From Methylococcales bacterium (GTDB lineage Bacteria > Pseudomonadota > Gammaproteobacteria > Methylococcales > UBA1147): DNA of 64,000 nucleotides. The notes beneath the pieces were generated by a model that made no database searches, had not been told where the DNA came from, and saw nothing but the letters and a program-made list of their open reading frames with translations. The translations under genes and the position numbers were made by a program. Each line of letters begins with the position of its first letter. Position 1 is the first letter of the stretch. Shown here piece by piece: positions 29,147 through 39,557 of this stretch. Location of the stretch: positions 4,037 through 68,036 of the forward strand of contig JBOICY010000318.1 of NCBI GenBank assembly GCA_050740335.1. The letters are read 5' to 3'.

Positions 29147-32100
29147 ATGAAAATAACCTCCGCGAATCCTGCGTCGATTTCCCCCTTTAATCCGAGTGTA
29201 CCCAATGATCGGGACACACAAACAATCTGGACCGGATTGCACGGTTGTGGTGACTCATTGGCGGTCGCTTCTCTGGTCGCCGAATCGAATCGATTTATTC
29301 TGCTGATTACCAAAGACCCTCAAACTGCATTGCGGGTGGAACACGAAATCCGATTTTTTCTTCCGGAAAATGTTTCCGTGCTGCATCTGCCGGATTGGGA
29401 AACCTTGCCCTACGATGTATTTTCACCTTTACCTGAGATCACCTCCCAACGCCTCGAAACTCTGGCAGGACTCCCAACCACCAAACATGGAATTTTGATC
29501 CTGAGTGCGGCAACCTTGATGCACCGAATCGCACCGCGCGAACACATTCTGGCCAATAGCTTTGCCTGGAAAATCGGTCAGTCCCTGCCCTTGGAGCAAA
29601 TTCGACAGCAACTTGCGGGGGTTGGCTACCAATCGACCTCTCAAGTTTACCAACATGGCGAGTTTGCGGTCCGCGGCTCGATTCTGGATCTATTTCCGAT
29701 GGGCAGCAATCTTCCTTATCGAATCGAGCTATTCGACGACGAAATCGAATCGATCCGGACTTTCGATGCGGATACCCAGCGGTCTCTGGATAAAGTTGAT
29801 GAAATCCGTCTGTTTCCAGCACGGGAAATTCCGTTCGACGAAAATTCGATTAAACGATTCCGGCAACGTTTCCGTTCCGAATTTCCCCAGGCGACACAAC
29901 GCAATCCGATTTATCAGGATGTCAGCAATGGAATTGCTCCGGCCGGTATCGAATATTATATGCCCTTATTCGTCGATAAAACCGAATCGATTTTCAGTTA
30001 CTGCCCTCGAAACACGATTCTGGTTTTATTCGATTCCGCGTTGCAAGCCGCCCGCTCATTCCGTGCCGAAACTCTATCCCGCTACGAACAACGCAGGCAT
30101 GACATAAACCGGCCAATTTTGAATCCCGAAGTATTGTTTCTGTCCCCCGGAGAAATGGAAGAAGCGATTGCGCGGATGCCTCACATTCAGCTCCGCCCTA
30201 CGCCAAACCCTTCGGATCATACCGGCGCGATTGTCACTTTCGATACCCAGCCCCTGGCTGACATTTCACTCAAGCCGCAGAATAAACGTCCGACCGAAGC
30301 ACTGGAATCCTTTATCGATCATTTCCGGGGCCGTATTCTCTTCGTTGCCGAAACCGCGGGACACCGGGAAGTCCTGATGGAAACCCTGCGCAGGCACGGT
30401 ATATTTCCCGAAATGGTCACCGGCTGGGCGGATTTTCTGGATTCCCGCGCAACGCTGTGTCTCCTGGTCGCCCCGATGGACCATGGCTTGCTCACGCAGA
30501 CCGCCGGAATCGTGATCATTACCGAAAGCCAGCTGACCGGTCAGCGCGCTCAACAGCGCCGCCGCCGAAGACGCAGCAGCGGGCAGGAACTCGAAAATAT
30601 CATCGCGAATTTGACCGAACTTTCCCCGGGAACTCCGGTTGTGCATCAAGAGCATGGCATCGGCCGATATCTTGGATTGCAAAAACTCGAATTCTCGGGG
30701 GTCGAAACCGAATTCCTGATTCTCGAGTACGCCAACCACGACAAGCTCTATGTACCGGTTTCGTCTCTCCATCAAATAGGCCGGTACAGCGGTGCCAGCA
30801 CCGAAACCGCGCCACTGCACAAACTCGGTGGCGAACAATGGAAGAAAGTCAAAACAAGGGCCGCGACCCGGATCCGGGATGTCGCGGCGGAACTGTTGGA
30901 TATCAATGCCCGGCGTGCCGCGAAAAAAGGCTTCGCGCACAAAATCACCGATATCGAATACGAAGATTTCGCGCTCGGCTTTCCCTTCGAAGAAACCCCA
31001 GACCAGGAGAATGCAATCGAACAGGTGCTCCAAGACATGGCTGCCGAACAGGCCATGGACCGCGTGATCTGCGGGGATGTCGGTTTCGGTAAAACCGAAG
31101 TCTCCATGCGTGCCGCATTCGTCTCGGTTCAAAACGCTAAGCAGGTCGCCGTGCTGGTCCCGACTACGCTTTTAGCCCAGCAGCATTTTCAGAATTTTCG
31201 GGACCGTTTTGCCGATTGGCCGGTCCGCATCGAAGTGCTATCGCGGTTCATACTGAAAAAACAGCAGGACACCATTATCCGGGACCTGGCCGATGGCAAG
31301 GTCGATATCCTGATCGGAACCCACAAACTGCTGCAAAAAGGCGTCGATTATAAAAATCTCGGTCTGGTCGTGATCGACGAGGAACACCGTTTCGGCGTCC
31401 GGCACAAGGAGCATTGCAAGAAGTTGCGCAGTGAAGTCGATATTCTGACCATGACCGCGACGCCGATTCCGCGCACCTTGAATATGGCGATGTCCGGTCT
31501 TCGTGAACTTTCCATCATCGCGAGCCCTCCTCCGAATCGCCACGCAATCAATACCTTTGTGAGCGAATGGAACGATTCGCTGATTCAGGAGGCTTGCCTC
31601 AGAGAGATTCGCCGCGGCGGGCAGATCTTCTTCCTGCATAATAATGTGAAGACGATCGAACGCACTTCCCGGGAGCTTAAAAAGTTGCTGCCCGAAGCCC
31701 GGCTGGAAATCGCCCACGGCCAAATGCCGGAACGTGAACTCGAACGGGTGATGCTGGATTTTTATCACCAGCGCTCCAATTTTCTCCTGTGCACGACCAT
31801 TATCGAAAGCGGCATCGATATTCCGAGCGCCAACACCATCGTGATCAACCGGGCCGACAAACTGGGCCTTGCCCAGTTGCACCAGTTGCGCGGGCGGGTC
31901 GGACGCTCGCATCACCGGGCCTATGCCTATCTGATCGTTCCACCCAGAAACATCATGACTCCGGAAGCGATCAAACGAATCGAGGCGATCGAAGCATCGG
32001 ACAGCCTCGGCGCAGGATTCATGCTTTCATCGCATGATCTGGAAATTCGTGGCGCGGGCGAGTTGCTGGGCGAGGAGCAAAGCGGCCATATCGAGGAGAT

Positions 32101-32644
32101 CGGCTTCAATCTGTATACGGAAATGCTCGAGCGTGCCGTATCAAGCCTTAGATCCGGAAAAGAACCGGATCTCGACGCGCCGCTTCCGGCAGGAGCCGAG
32201 ATCGAACTCAATTTTTCCGCACTGATACCGGATGATTATCTGCCCGACGTGCATACTCGCCTGGTACTCTACAAGCGAATCGCGAACGCCGGTTCGCCAG
32301 AGCAACTCAGGGATCTCAAAGTGGAAATGATCGACCGTTTCGGTTTACTGCCGGAAGCCACTAAAAACCTTTTCGAAGTCACCGAAATCAAATTGAAGGC
32401 AACCGAAATCGGCATTCTGAAAATCGAAGCGGCCGCCACGGGCGGGCGAATCGTATTCTCGCAAAATCCGAACATCGATTCGATGGCGGTTATGGAACTG
32501 GTCCAAAAACAGGCCAACCGATACAAACTGGAAGGACCTGAAAAACTCAGGTTCATCGAAAAACTCGAAACCTGTGCAGAAAAAATCAAATTCGTGAATG
32601 GCTTGCTGGAAAGACTGGCCGAACAATCCAGCGCGGTGGCGTGA
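29147..32644 (+). CDS. mfd: Transcription-repair coupling factor Mfd
   Basis: 1165 aa with an RNAP-interaction domain (..PVVHQEHGIGRY..), superfamily-2 helicase motifs (GDVGFGKTEV, DEEHRFG, TATPIPRT, QLHQLRGRVGR) and TRG. Confidence 0.98.
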   Translation: MKITSANPASISPFNPSVPNDRDTQTIWTGLHGCGDSLAVASLVAESNRFILLITKDPQTALRVEHEIRFFLPENVSVLHLPDWETLPYDVFSPLPEITSQRLETLAGLPTTKHGILILSAATLMHRIAPREHILANSFAWKIGQSLPLEQIRQQLAGVGYQSTSQVYQHGEFAVRGSILDLFPMGSNLPYRIELFDDEIESIRTFDADTQRSLDKVDEIRLFPAREIPFDENSIKRFRQRFRSEFPQATQRNPIYQDVSNGIAPAGIEYYMPLFVDKTESIFSYCPRNTILVLFDSALQAARSFRAETLSRYEQRRHDINRPILNPEVLFLSPGEMEEAIARMPHIQLRPTPNPSDHTGAIVTFDTQPLADISLKPQNKRPTEALESFIDHFRGRILFVAETAGHREVLMETLRRHGIFPEMVTGWADFLDSRATLCLLVAPMDHGLLTQTAGIVIITESQLTGQRAQQRRRRRRSSGQELENIIANLTELSPGTPVVHQEHGIGRYLGLQKLEFSGVETEFLILEYANHDKLYVPVSSLHQIGRYSGASTETAPLHKLGGEQWKKVKTRAATRIRDVAAELLDINARRAAKKGFAHKITDIEYEDFALGFPFEETPDQENAIEQVLQDMAAEQAMDRVICGDVGFGKTEVSMRAAFVSVQNAKQVAVLVPTTLLAQQHFQNFRDRFADWPVRIEVLSRFILKKQQDTIIRDLADGKVDILIGTHKLLQKGVDYKNLGLVVIDEEHRFGVRHKEHCKKLRSEVDILTMTATPIPRTLNMAMSGLRELSIIASPPPNRHAINTFVSEWNDSLIQEACLREIRRGGQIFFLHNNVKTIERTSRELKKLLPEARLEIAHGQMPERELERVMLDFYHQRSNFLLCTTIIESGIDIPSANTIVINRADKLGLAQLHQLRGRVGRSHHRAYAYLIVPPRNIMTPEAIKRIEAIEASDSLGAGFMLSSHDLEIRGAGELLGEEQSGHIEEIGFNLYTEMLERAVSSLRSGKEPDLDAPLPAGAEIELNFSALIPDDYLPDVHTRLVLYKRIANAGSPEQLRDLKVEMIDRFGLLPEATKNLFEVTEIKLKATEIGILKIEAAATGGRIVFSQNPNIDSMAVMELVQKQANRYKLEGPEKLRFIEKLETCAEKIKFVNGLLERLAEQSSAVA

Positions 32645-32665
32645 AATTGAAAAAGGTCGTACGAC

Positions 32666-33409
32666 TTATTCAAACAGGCCAATGAGCTTTTCGAGCAAGC
32701 GCCCGACATCATTCAGGCCTCTGGCAAGGTTCTGTTCGATTTCTTCCATCGTGATTTCGGAGGCGCTTTTCCCCGCCGCCCAATTGGCCATCACCGCGCA
32801 GCAGGCATACTCGAGCCCGGCTTCGCGCGCGAGCGCGGCTTCAGGCATTCCGGTCATCCCGACCATGTCACAACCGTCGCGCTCCATGCGCAGGATTTCC
32901 GCGGCGGTTTCCAAGCGTGGCCCCTGCGTGCAACCGTAGGTGCCTCCGATCACGACGTTCAACCCGGCGAGTTCGGCGGATTGCCCGAGCCGATCGATCA
33001 TCCCTTTGCTGTAGGGCCAGGTAAAGTCGATATGGGTCACCGCTCCCCCCGGGTCCTCGAAAAAAGTACTTTTCCGGCCGTGGGTATAATCGATCAGCTG
33101 GTCCGGGATCGCGATCTTCGCGGGCGGTAAATGGGCGCCGATGCCTCCCACGGCGGCGACCGAGACAATATGCGTCACGCCGGCCGATTGCAATGCACGG
33201 ATGTTCGCGCGATAGTTGATTCGATGCGGTGGAATGGAATGCCGATCGCCATGCCGCGCCAGAAACACGATACCGGCATCGTGGAGAAGACCGAAGCTTA
33301 ACGGCGCCGAGGGATCGCCGTATTCGGTCGAGAGGTTTTTCCTTTCCCGGATTTCCAGCCCCTGAAGCCGGCTCAGGCCGGAACCGCCGATAATTGCGAG
33401 CATCGTCAA
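32666..33409 (-). CDS. S-methyl-5'-thioadenosine/thioinosine phosphorylase (PNP family 2)
   Basis: 247 aa with MTMLAIIGGSGL.. and ..FLARHG..H.IPPHRINYRANI.AL...GV..I..V.AVGG... Confidence 0.85.
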   Translation of the reverse strand: MTMLAIIGGSGLSRLQGLEIRERKNLSTEYGDPSAPLSFGLLHDAGIVFLARHGDRHSIPPHRINYRANIRALQSAGVTHIVSVAAVGGIGAHLPPAKIAIPDQLIDYTHGRKSTFFEDPGGAVTHIDFTWPYSKGMIDRLGQSAELAGLNVVIGGTYGCTQGPRLETAAEILRMERDGCDMVGMTGMPEAALAREAGLEYACCAVMANWAAGKSASEITMEEIEQNLARGLNDVGRLLEKLIGLFE

Positions 33410-33958
33410 CTAACTCCCCTTGCAGGCGTAAATACCCGGCAGATTACGCCAATAACCTTTATAATCCATCCCGCAGCCGAACAAATACCGGTTTTCCGCC
33501 TTGAGTCCGACGAAATCCGCGCGGCAGGGCTTCGCATGGCCCAACCGCTTCTCGACGAGAACCGCGCTGTAAACCGAGGCGGCGCCTTGCTCCGTGCAAT
33601 ACCGGCTGATCGCTTCCAGCGTAATTCCCTCATCCAGAATATCATCGACGATCAACACGGTCCGGCCTATCAAAGGTGAACGCGGAACGCTGATCCATTC
33701 GATCTCGCTGCCGCTGGTTGCGCCCTGATAACGACTCGCATGGATCACATCGCTGGTGAGCGGAAAATCCAGACGCCGCATCAACTTCGCGGTCGGACCG
33801 ATTCCGCCGGTCAACACACAAATCAGAATCGGATTGCTGTCCGCGAGTCTCCCGGTAACGGACCGGGCCATGCGGTCAAAGGCCTGATCCACCTGATATT
33901 CCGGGAACAGAAGGTCCGCCTCGGCCCTGACTGTCCGTATTTCTTCTAAAATGCTCAC
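33410..33958 (-). CDS. hpt: Hypoxanthine-guanine phosphoribosyltransferase
   Basis: 182 aa with the PRPP-binding motif VLIVDDILDEGITL. It is tightly packed between nagZ and the phosphorylase gene. Confidence 0.88.
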   Translation of the reverse strand: MSILEEIRTVRAEADLLFPEYQVDQAFDRMARSVTGRLADSNPILICVLTGGIGPTAKLMRRLDFPLTSDVIHASRYQGATSGSEIEWISVPRSPLIGRTVLIVDDILDEGITLEAISRYCTEQGAASVYSAVLVEKRLGHAKPCRADFVGLKAENRYLFGCGMDYKGYWRNLPGIYACKGS

Positions 33959-34993
33959 TTAAAGATTTTCCACTAAGTGTATTGATTCCACCACGCTTAG
34001 CCACCGCGCGGACTTTTTCAGTTCGGTTCCATCGAACGCAGGATGTCCACACATTTTCAACAATCGGCGCCGGCGTTCGGGAGATCCATGCCCCGCGGCC
34101 AGATCCAGAACGCTTTCGGCCGCTTCCGGCTGATTACAGATCAAAACCATATCACAACCGGCCTCAAGCGCGGTGCTAACCCGATCGGCATAGGACCCCG
34201 CAGTTTCGGCGCCCGACATGCTCAGGTCGTCGCTGAATACCGCGCCATCGAAACCGAGATCGCCCCGCAGCACCTTCCCGATCCAATATTCGGAGAATCC
34301 CGCGGGCCTTTGGTCGATCCGGCTGTACACGACATGGGCCGGCATGATGCCTTCAAGTCCCTCTCCGACGAGTCTTCTGAATGGAATCAGATCCCGGGCG
34401 GCCAGTTCATCAAAATCGCGATCATCGACCGGCAGGGCCAGATGGGAATCCAGCGCAACGCTACCGTGACCCGGAAAATGTTTGCCAACCGCGGCCATTC
34501 CGGCATCCCGCATTCCGCGGCGAAAGGCCGATGCGTACTCCGCGACTCGATCTGCTAGTCTTCCAAAAGCACGATCGCCGATGATTGTACTGATTCCGCA
34601 GTCCACGTCCAGAACCGGCGCGAAGCTGAAGTCGGCGCCGGTCGCAAGCACCTCCACGGCCATCAGCCACCCCGCGGATTCCGCGAGTTTACGCGCGCCC
34701 TCCGGTTGGTCCGGATAAACCTCGGCGTAACGGCACGCCGCGGGCAGGCGCGTGAAGCCCTTCCGGAAACGCTGCACCCTTCCGCCTTCCTGATCGACCG
34801 CAACCAAAAACTCACGCCCCCGGATTCCGCGGATTTCCCGGACCAACTCCCCGACCTGCTCGGGCGATTCATAATTTCGGGAAAATAAAATCACGCCCCC
34901 GACTCCGGGATGCCGGAGAATGTGAATTTCGCGGGCTTCGACAGCCAATCCTCGAAGATCCAGCATCAAGGGACCGGGGGTCTTATTAGTCAT
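33959..34993 (-). CDS. nagZ: Beta-N-acetylhexosaminidase NagZ (GH3)
   Basis: 344 aa with ..GGVILFSRNY.., ..VAVDQEGGRVQRF.., ..KHFPGHG.. and ..DDLSM... Confidence 0.93.
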   Translation of the reverse strand: MTNKTPGPLMLDLRGLAVEAREIHILRHPGVGGVILFSRNYESPEQVGELVREIRGIRGREFLVAVDQEGGRVQRFRKGFTRLPAACRYAEVYPDQPEGARKLAESAGWLMAVEVLATGADFSFAPVLDVDCGISTIIGDRAFGRLADRVAEYASAFRRGMRDAGMAAVGKHFPGHGSVALDSHLALPVDDRDFDELAARDLIPFRRLVGEGLEGIMPAHVVYSRIDQRPAGFSEYWIGKVLRGDLGFDGAVFSDDLSMSGAETAGSYADRVSTALEAGCDMVLICNQPEAAESVLDLAAGHGSPERRRRLLKMCGHPAFDGTELKKSARWLSVVESIHLVENL

Positions 34994-35187
34994 TCGATTC
35001 CATGCGGGATCATCGGAGAAAATTCTTCATCTATACTCTGTCGAGACCCGCAAATTTTATCGTTTTCCGGTGGAATTCCAAGTGTGTTCTTGGCTCGGAC
35101 GGCAAATCTGCCGCCAACCGCGCGCGGCTCTTAAAAGGATCAAGCATTCCCTGAAACCTGTCGACTTGCATCCACGGAGATTTCCCG

Positions 35188-35583
35188 TTGAAAAACAGAG
35201 CGCTGTCATTTATCTTACTTTTGTCGATGTGTTTTTCCGTAGTTGCGGAAGATTCTGGATTAGAAGATCTGTTCGAATATGTTCCATTGGAACCCAGCTT
35301 CGTAGTGAATCTTAAAGGCAACCGGCGAAGTTACCTGCGCACCGATATCCAACTGCTTGTCGAGGACAAGGAACGCGCGGACCAAATCAAGGCTCATATG
35401 CCGGCGTTGCGGCATGCATTGATCCTGTTGATCAGCGAATATTCCGCGGATCAGCTCGGCACTTCGGCACAACGCGAAAAATTCCGCCAGAAAGCCTTGC
35501 AGGAAAGCCGCAAAACGCTGGATCAATATGCGAGCAGCAGGGGTCTTGGCGATCTTTTCTTTACCGAGTTTCTAGTCGAATGA
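35188..35583 (+). CDS. FliL-like (flagellar basal-body-associated family) small membrane/periplasmic protein
   Basis: 131 aa with a TTG start and a signal/anchor. ..YVPLEPSFVVNLKGNRRSYLRTDIQLLVED...MPALRHALILLIS......L......E.....AL.E....L......V..LFFTEFLV follows the FliL pattern. No other flagellar genes are nearby. Confidence 0.55.
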   Translation: MKNRALSFILLLSMCFSVVAEDSGLEDLFEYVPLEPSFVVNLKGNRRSYLRTDIQLLVEDKERADQIKAHMPALRHALILLISEYSADQLGTSAQREKFRQKALQESRKTLDQYASSRGLGDLFFTEFLVE

Positions 35584-35614
35584 CAGGCTGTCAACACGCG
35601 TGTTAAATCAAACA

Positions 35615-36713
35615 TCAAAGCCCCTGTTTCAAGCTGGCTTCTATGAAGGGATCCAGGTTTCCGTCCAGAACCGCCTGGGTGTTCCCGGTTTCGACGCCGG
35701 TGCGCAAATCCTTGATCCGGGATTGATCCAGCACATAGGAACGGATCTGGCTGCCCCAACCGATGTCCGATTTCGACTGCTCCAACTGTTGCTGTTCGGC
35801 GTTTCGCTTGAGCAGTTCCATTTCGTACAACTTTGCCTTGAGTTGCTTCATCGCGGTGGCCTTGTTCTTGTGTTGGGATCGATCGTTCTGGCACTGTACG
35901 ACGAGGTTGGTCGGCAGATGGGTAATCCGAACCGCCGATTCGGTCCGGTTGACATGCTGGCCCCCGGCGCCGCTCGCGCGGTAAACGTCGATCCGAAGGT
36001 CCGCGGGATTGATCTCGATGTCGATCTCGTCATCGACCTCGGGCGAGCAGAACACGGCCGCGAATGAAGTGTGGCGGCGATTCCCCGAGTCGAAGGGTGA
36101 TTTACGCACCAGTCTGTGGACGCCGGTTTCGGTTCGCAGCCAACCGAAGGCGTAGTCGCCGTCGAATTTAATGGTCGCGCTCTTGATGCCCGCGACCTCG
36201 CCATCCGAAACTTCGATCAGCTCGGTCTTGAAACCCTTTCGTTCGCCCCAGCGTAAATACATTCGCAGCAGCATTTCGGCCCAATCCTGCGCTTCGGTAC
36301 CGCCGGAACCGGCCTGAATATCGACAAAGGCATTATTCGGGTCCATTTCTCCCGAAAACATCCGCTGGAACTCCAGTGCGGCAACCCGCGACTCAAAGGC
36401 CTTCAGGTCCCGGACGATGATCTCCACGGTATCCGCATCGTCTTCTTCGGCGGCCAATTCGAGCAGTTCCCTGCTGTCCGTCAACGAACGATCCATTTCC
36501 ACGATCGTGTTCACGACCTGTTCCAGCTGCACGCGTTCGCGGCCCAAGGCTTGCGCGAGTTCTTTGTTCTCCCAAATCCTGGGATCCTCGAGTTCGCGCA
36601 GTACTTCTACCAATCGCTCCTTTTTGGTTTCGAAGTCAAAGGTACCCCCTCAGAGCCTCACGGCGGCTCTGAAGATCGTCGATTTTATGGATAATTGGAT
36701 TGAGTTCCTGCAT
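35615..36713 (-). CDS. prfB: Peptide chain release factor 2 (programmed +1 frameshift)
   Basis: Frame 0 runs from the ATG at 36713 ([25 protein letters not shown]) to the TGA at 36638-36636. The +1 frame then continues [19 protein letters not shown].. into ORF 35615-36613, which carries SPF and GGQ (..[10 protein letters not shown]..). Confidence 0.97.
36635..36650 (-). promoter_or_regulatory. prfB +1 frameshift site with internal SD
   Basis: The minus strand reads AGGGGG-TAC-CTT-TGA-C. This is the classical SD-like element followed by the CUU UGA C shift site. Confidence 0.9.
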
Positions 36714-36915
36714 TTTGTTCAATACCGGATTCGCGCAGCGTTCCGATCAAACCAGGCCTTAGGGCCCGGAGCGGACAAAGGATATCACAGATCGGGGTTT
36801 TCGCCCCGAACATTCCTCGTTAAACCCTGGAAATTCATCCGGCGCCGCGGGAACTTTCGGATCGCGGGCGCCAAACGCCTGCGCGGTCTCTATTTCGCGA
36901 GCGCGTAAGGGATGG

Positions 36916-39486
36916 TCATTTTTTCGATACGCCAACGCAGAAGACATCGACCAGTTCGAAGGTCGGGAGATTTTTTGGATCGAAATCGGAAACCGGCCGA
37001 TCGATCCCGATCACATAGCCTGTCAATCTGTCGGGTTCCAATTTGAAGCGGATCATATGCCGGTAGCGGTCCGCGCGTGCGCCGCCACCCGCTTCGTTAT
37101 AATGCCCCCGGTAAGTACTCGATACCGCAAGATACCAGCCAAACCACACACAACTGAAAATTGTCCCGGTAATAAAGGCCCCGGCCATTCGACCCGTGCT
37201 GACTTCAGTCGTGGCGGTTCCTGCGAATGCGAAGGCCAGGCAACCGATGCCGATCACGAGCCAGCAAAGGGTCAAAAAGCGGGCAATCCATTCCTGATTG
37301 CCGAATTGTGGGTATTGGTTCACGAGCCTGGGCACCGCGAAGCCCACGGTCATAGTCGCGGCGACCACCGTCACGAGTACGAGCACCGTGGTTAGTGCAT
37401 CATTATGAGCCACCCAACTCACCGGGGTAGTCAGTTGTAGAAACAAATGCCAGATCCCGATCAAAAGCATGCTAAGCCTGGCGCGGCGGTCCAGTCCTGC
37501 CGCGCCGACCTTAGTTGCATAGGCGAGCAATCCAACCACCACCAGAGCCAGTACCACAATGAACACACTGTCGGAAAACGTAACCGCTGCCTTATAGATG
37601 CCATAGCGCCATAATCCGAACAGCACGCTCAGAAAAGCGCTGATCATTAAGACCCACGAGGGCAGGTAATCCCAATTTACAAAGGTTTCGATCCAGTAAC
37701 GCAAGCTGAACCACCGGGACGAATCCCCGGATTTGTCATCCGCATCCGGTAACGATTTAAATCTTGCCAAAACAAGGTCGGTATAAAGGCGGTTCACAAC
37801 TACGGCGAGAATACCGCCGGCTATAAATAGAATTCCGAGCAGACTCGCGAGTAATGGGGGCGGGATTGATTCCTTTATCCAGAATATCAAATTCATCACC
37901 AGCGCGATCGCAAGTAAAGCGCCCAGGCCGAGGGATTTTTTCAAAGTCTTCCAGTTCTTAATTTCGAATGAGTGTCCGGCAGTCCGGCACAGGAATCGCT
38001 TAGCCCAGTAACTGAACAGGCAGATGATCGTGGCCGCAATCAACAAATCCGGAATATACGGGATTGCGCCGATCGTCTGCGCATCCGCTTTCAGCTCCTT
38101 AACCTTCAAGTCTTTTTGAATGGCTGCCAGAATCGAAATTTCGGGCTTCCCCGTGGCTTGCAGGCTCAACGGCCTCGAATCATCGGATACAATCGGTACC
38201 AGCGACCAGGTACTGTCGGGTACGGTTCCGGCAAAATATAAAAGCAGCGCCAACAGGCCACCCACGGCCCATATATAGCCGCCCCTCGCAATATTCCATG
38301 GATTCAGCAAGCGGCTCACGAACAAAGAAAGGGATTGCGAAAGGTCCGGATATAAACGGGACTCGGTGATCCCGGCGCCATGGGTGTGGGTGGGGTGCAG
38401 GAATGCTCCTCCGCCACCGGCCACGACCGAGGCATAATTATCCCTTGCTTGAAGCGTCCGGTCACGGTCGGCGCCGCGGCCCCAATAGCGGGCATAATGG
38501 TGAATGTCTCCGGATAGATCGAGTCTGCATTGGCTATCCGGATCCGAGAGTCTGCCGTCGTTGCGTTCCAGAAACGCGCAGTCCAGTCCCAGCGATTGGA
38601 AGGTTTTGACCAGCTCGGCCTGATCGTCGGTCCAGCGCCGGTACGAGGTGGACGGTTCCGGGGTGGCGACAATGAGCTTGTTTGGTGGCGTGTAAACGCT
38701 GTCATTTGCATTCTCGCGCGGGCTCGAATGCGATCCGCACAAGTTACGGAAGAATTCCCTCTGGCGAAAGTCGATCGCGCCGTTTTGCGAGTCAAGCCCC
38801 CATAACCACCAGTCAAACGGAAGTTTTATGGCGACATAGCTGGCATCTTGTACACGGTAGAAACCATCGAGATCCAGTTGCGGCCCCAACCCGGAATCAT
38901 CCAAACTGACCACGGGTCTTCGAAATTGCCGGTTGAAACCGTCGATTGAATCGTAATAGTCATGATTCGCGGGAATCGCAACGATGGGTCGCCGATCGGG
39001 GGATTTTCCCTCATTCGCTTCCCGACTCTTGAAGGCCCAATTAAAAGGATCCCGGAACCGCTCGCAAATCGTCTCGTAATCGGAAATATGGTAGGCCGTA
39101 TCGCCGCCTACGAACAGGAACCGGCCGCGAGGAAGTTTGCTGAAGTCCGCGGATTGCGTGAGTTCCACCCGGCCTTTCCCGCCGCCCGTGCGTATCCAGA
39201 GATCACCTTGACAAAGATAGGCGATGTTATACACCGCTTTTTGCCCGTCTCCTGAATCGGCAATGTAATCAAACCAGAACTCGCCATTTTCCGATTCGTT
39301 CTCGTGCAGTTTGATCGGCTCGGCGCACATCCAGTCTTTCGGATCCAGTTTTGGCCCGAACAAACTGTAAATCGCGATGAATTTAAGCCCCGCGAGTAAT
39401 TGACGGCCCAACAGCCACCCGACGGGGCCTTTAAACTGCCGACCGCCACCGGTCAATCCTTCCCTTACCTTTTTCATCCAATGCAT
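36916..39486 (-). CDS. Metallophosphoesterase (calcineurin-like) domain fused to a large multi-pass membrane domain
   Basis: 856 aa. The N-terminal ~390 aa carry MPE-like metal motifs (FDYIADSGDG, FLFVGGDTAYH, AIPANHDYYD, LSGDIHHYARY, GGGGAFLHPTH). By eye, roughly 9-11 hydrophobic helices follow (aa ~395-800), then a short soluble tail. A strong SD (GGGAGGA) lies 6 nt before the ATG. Confidence 0.75.
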   Translation of the reverse strand: MHWMKKVREGLTGGGRQFKGPVGWLLGRQLLAGLKFIAIYSLFGPKLDPKDWMCAEPIKLHENESENGEFWFDYIADSGDGQKAVYNIAYLCQGDLWIRTGGGKGRVELTQSADFSKLPRGRFLFVGGDTAYHISDYETICERFRDPFNWAFKSREANEGKSPDRRPIVAIPANHDYYDSIDGFNRQFRRPVVSLDDSGLGPQLDLDGFYRVQDASYVAIKLPFDWWLWGLDSQNGAIDFRQREFFRNLCGSHSSPRENANDSVYTPPNKLIVATPEPSTSYRRWTDDQAELVKTFQSLGLDCAFLERNDGRLSDPDSQCRLDLSGDIHHYARYWGRGADRDRTLQARDNYASVVAGGGGAFLHPTHTHGAGITESRLYPDLSQSLSLFVSRLLNPWNIARGGYIWAVGGLLALLLYFAGTVPDSTWSLVPIVSDDSRPLSLQATGKPEISILAAIQKDLKVKELKADAQTIGAIPYIPDLLIAATIICLFSYWAKRFLCRTAGHSFEIKNWKTLKKSLGLGALLAIALVMNLIFWIKESIPPPLLASLLGILFIAGGILAVVVNRLYTDLVLARFKSLPDADDKSGDSSRWFSLRYWIETFVNWDYLPSWVLMISAFLSVLFGLWRYGIYKAAVTFSDSVFIVVLALVVVGLLAYATKVGAAGLDRRARLSMLLIGIWHLFLQLTTPVSWVAHNDALTTVLVLVTVVAATMTVGFAVPRLVNQYPQFGNQEWIARFLTLCWLVIGIGCLAFAFAGTATTEVSTGRMAGAFITGTIFSCVWFGWYLAVSSTYRGHYNEAGGGARADRYRHMIRFKLEPDRLTGYVIGIDRPVSDFDPKNLPTFELVDVFCVGVSKK

Positions 39487-39557
39487 TCTGGTCCTCCCAT
39501 GAGATCGGTTCGCGCAACGAATCAGGCGAAGTGCCTGTTAAATTCCTTCACCACCCC

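Noticed and set aside
30541-30575. Poly-arginine run (QQRRRRRRSSGQ) in Mfd as a possible insertion or repeat expansion
   Set aside because: It lies in the linker before the RNAP-interaction domain, where Mfd proteins are naturally basic and variable. The frame is intact and it is not considered significant.
32645-32665. Palindrome GTCGTACGAC between the convergent mfd and phosphorylase genes, as a possible terminator
   Set aside because: It is a 10-nt self-complementary sequence with no loop and no U-tract. The 21-nt gap is too short to support a confident terminator call.
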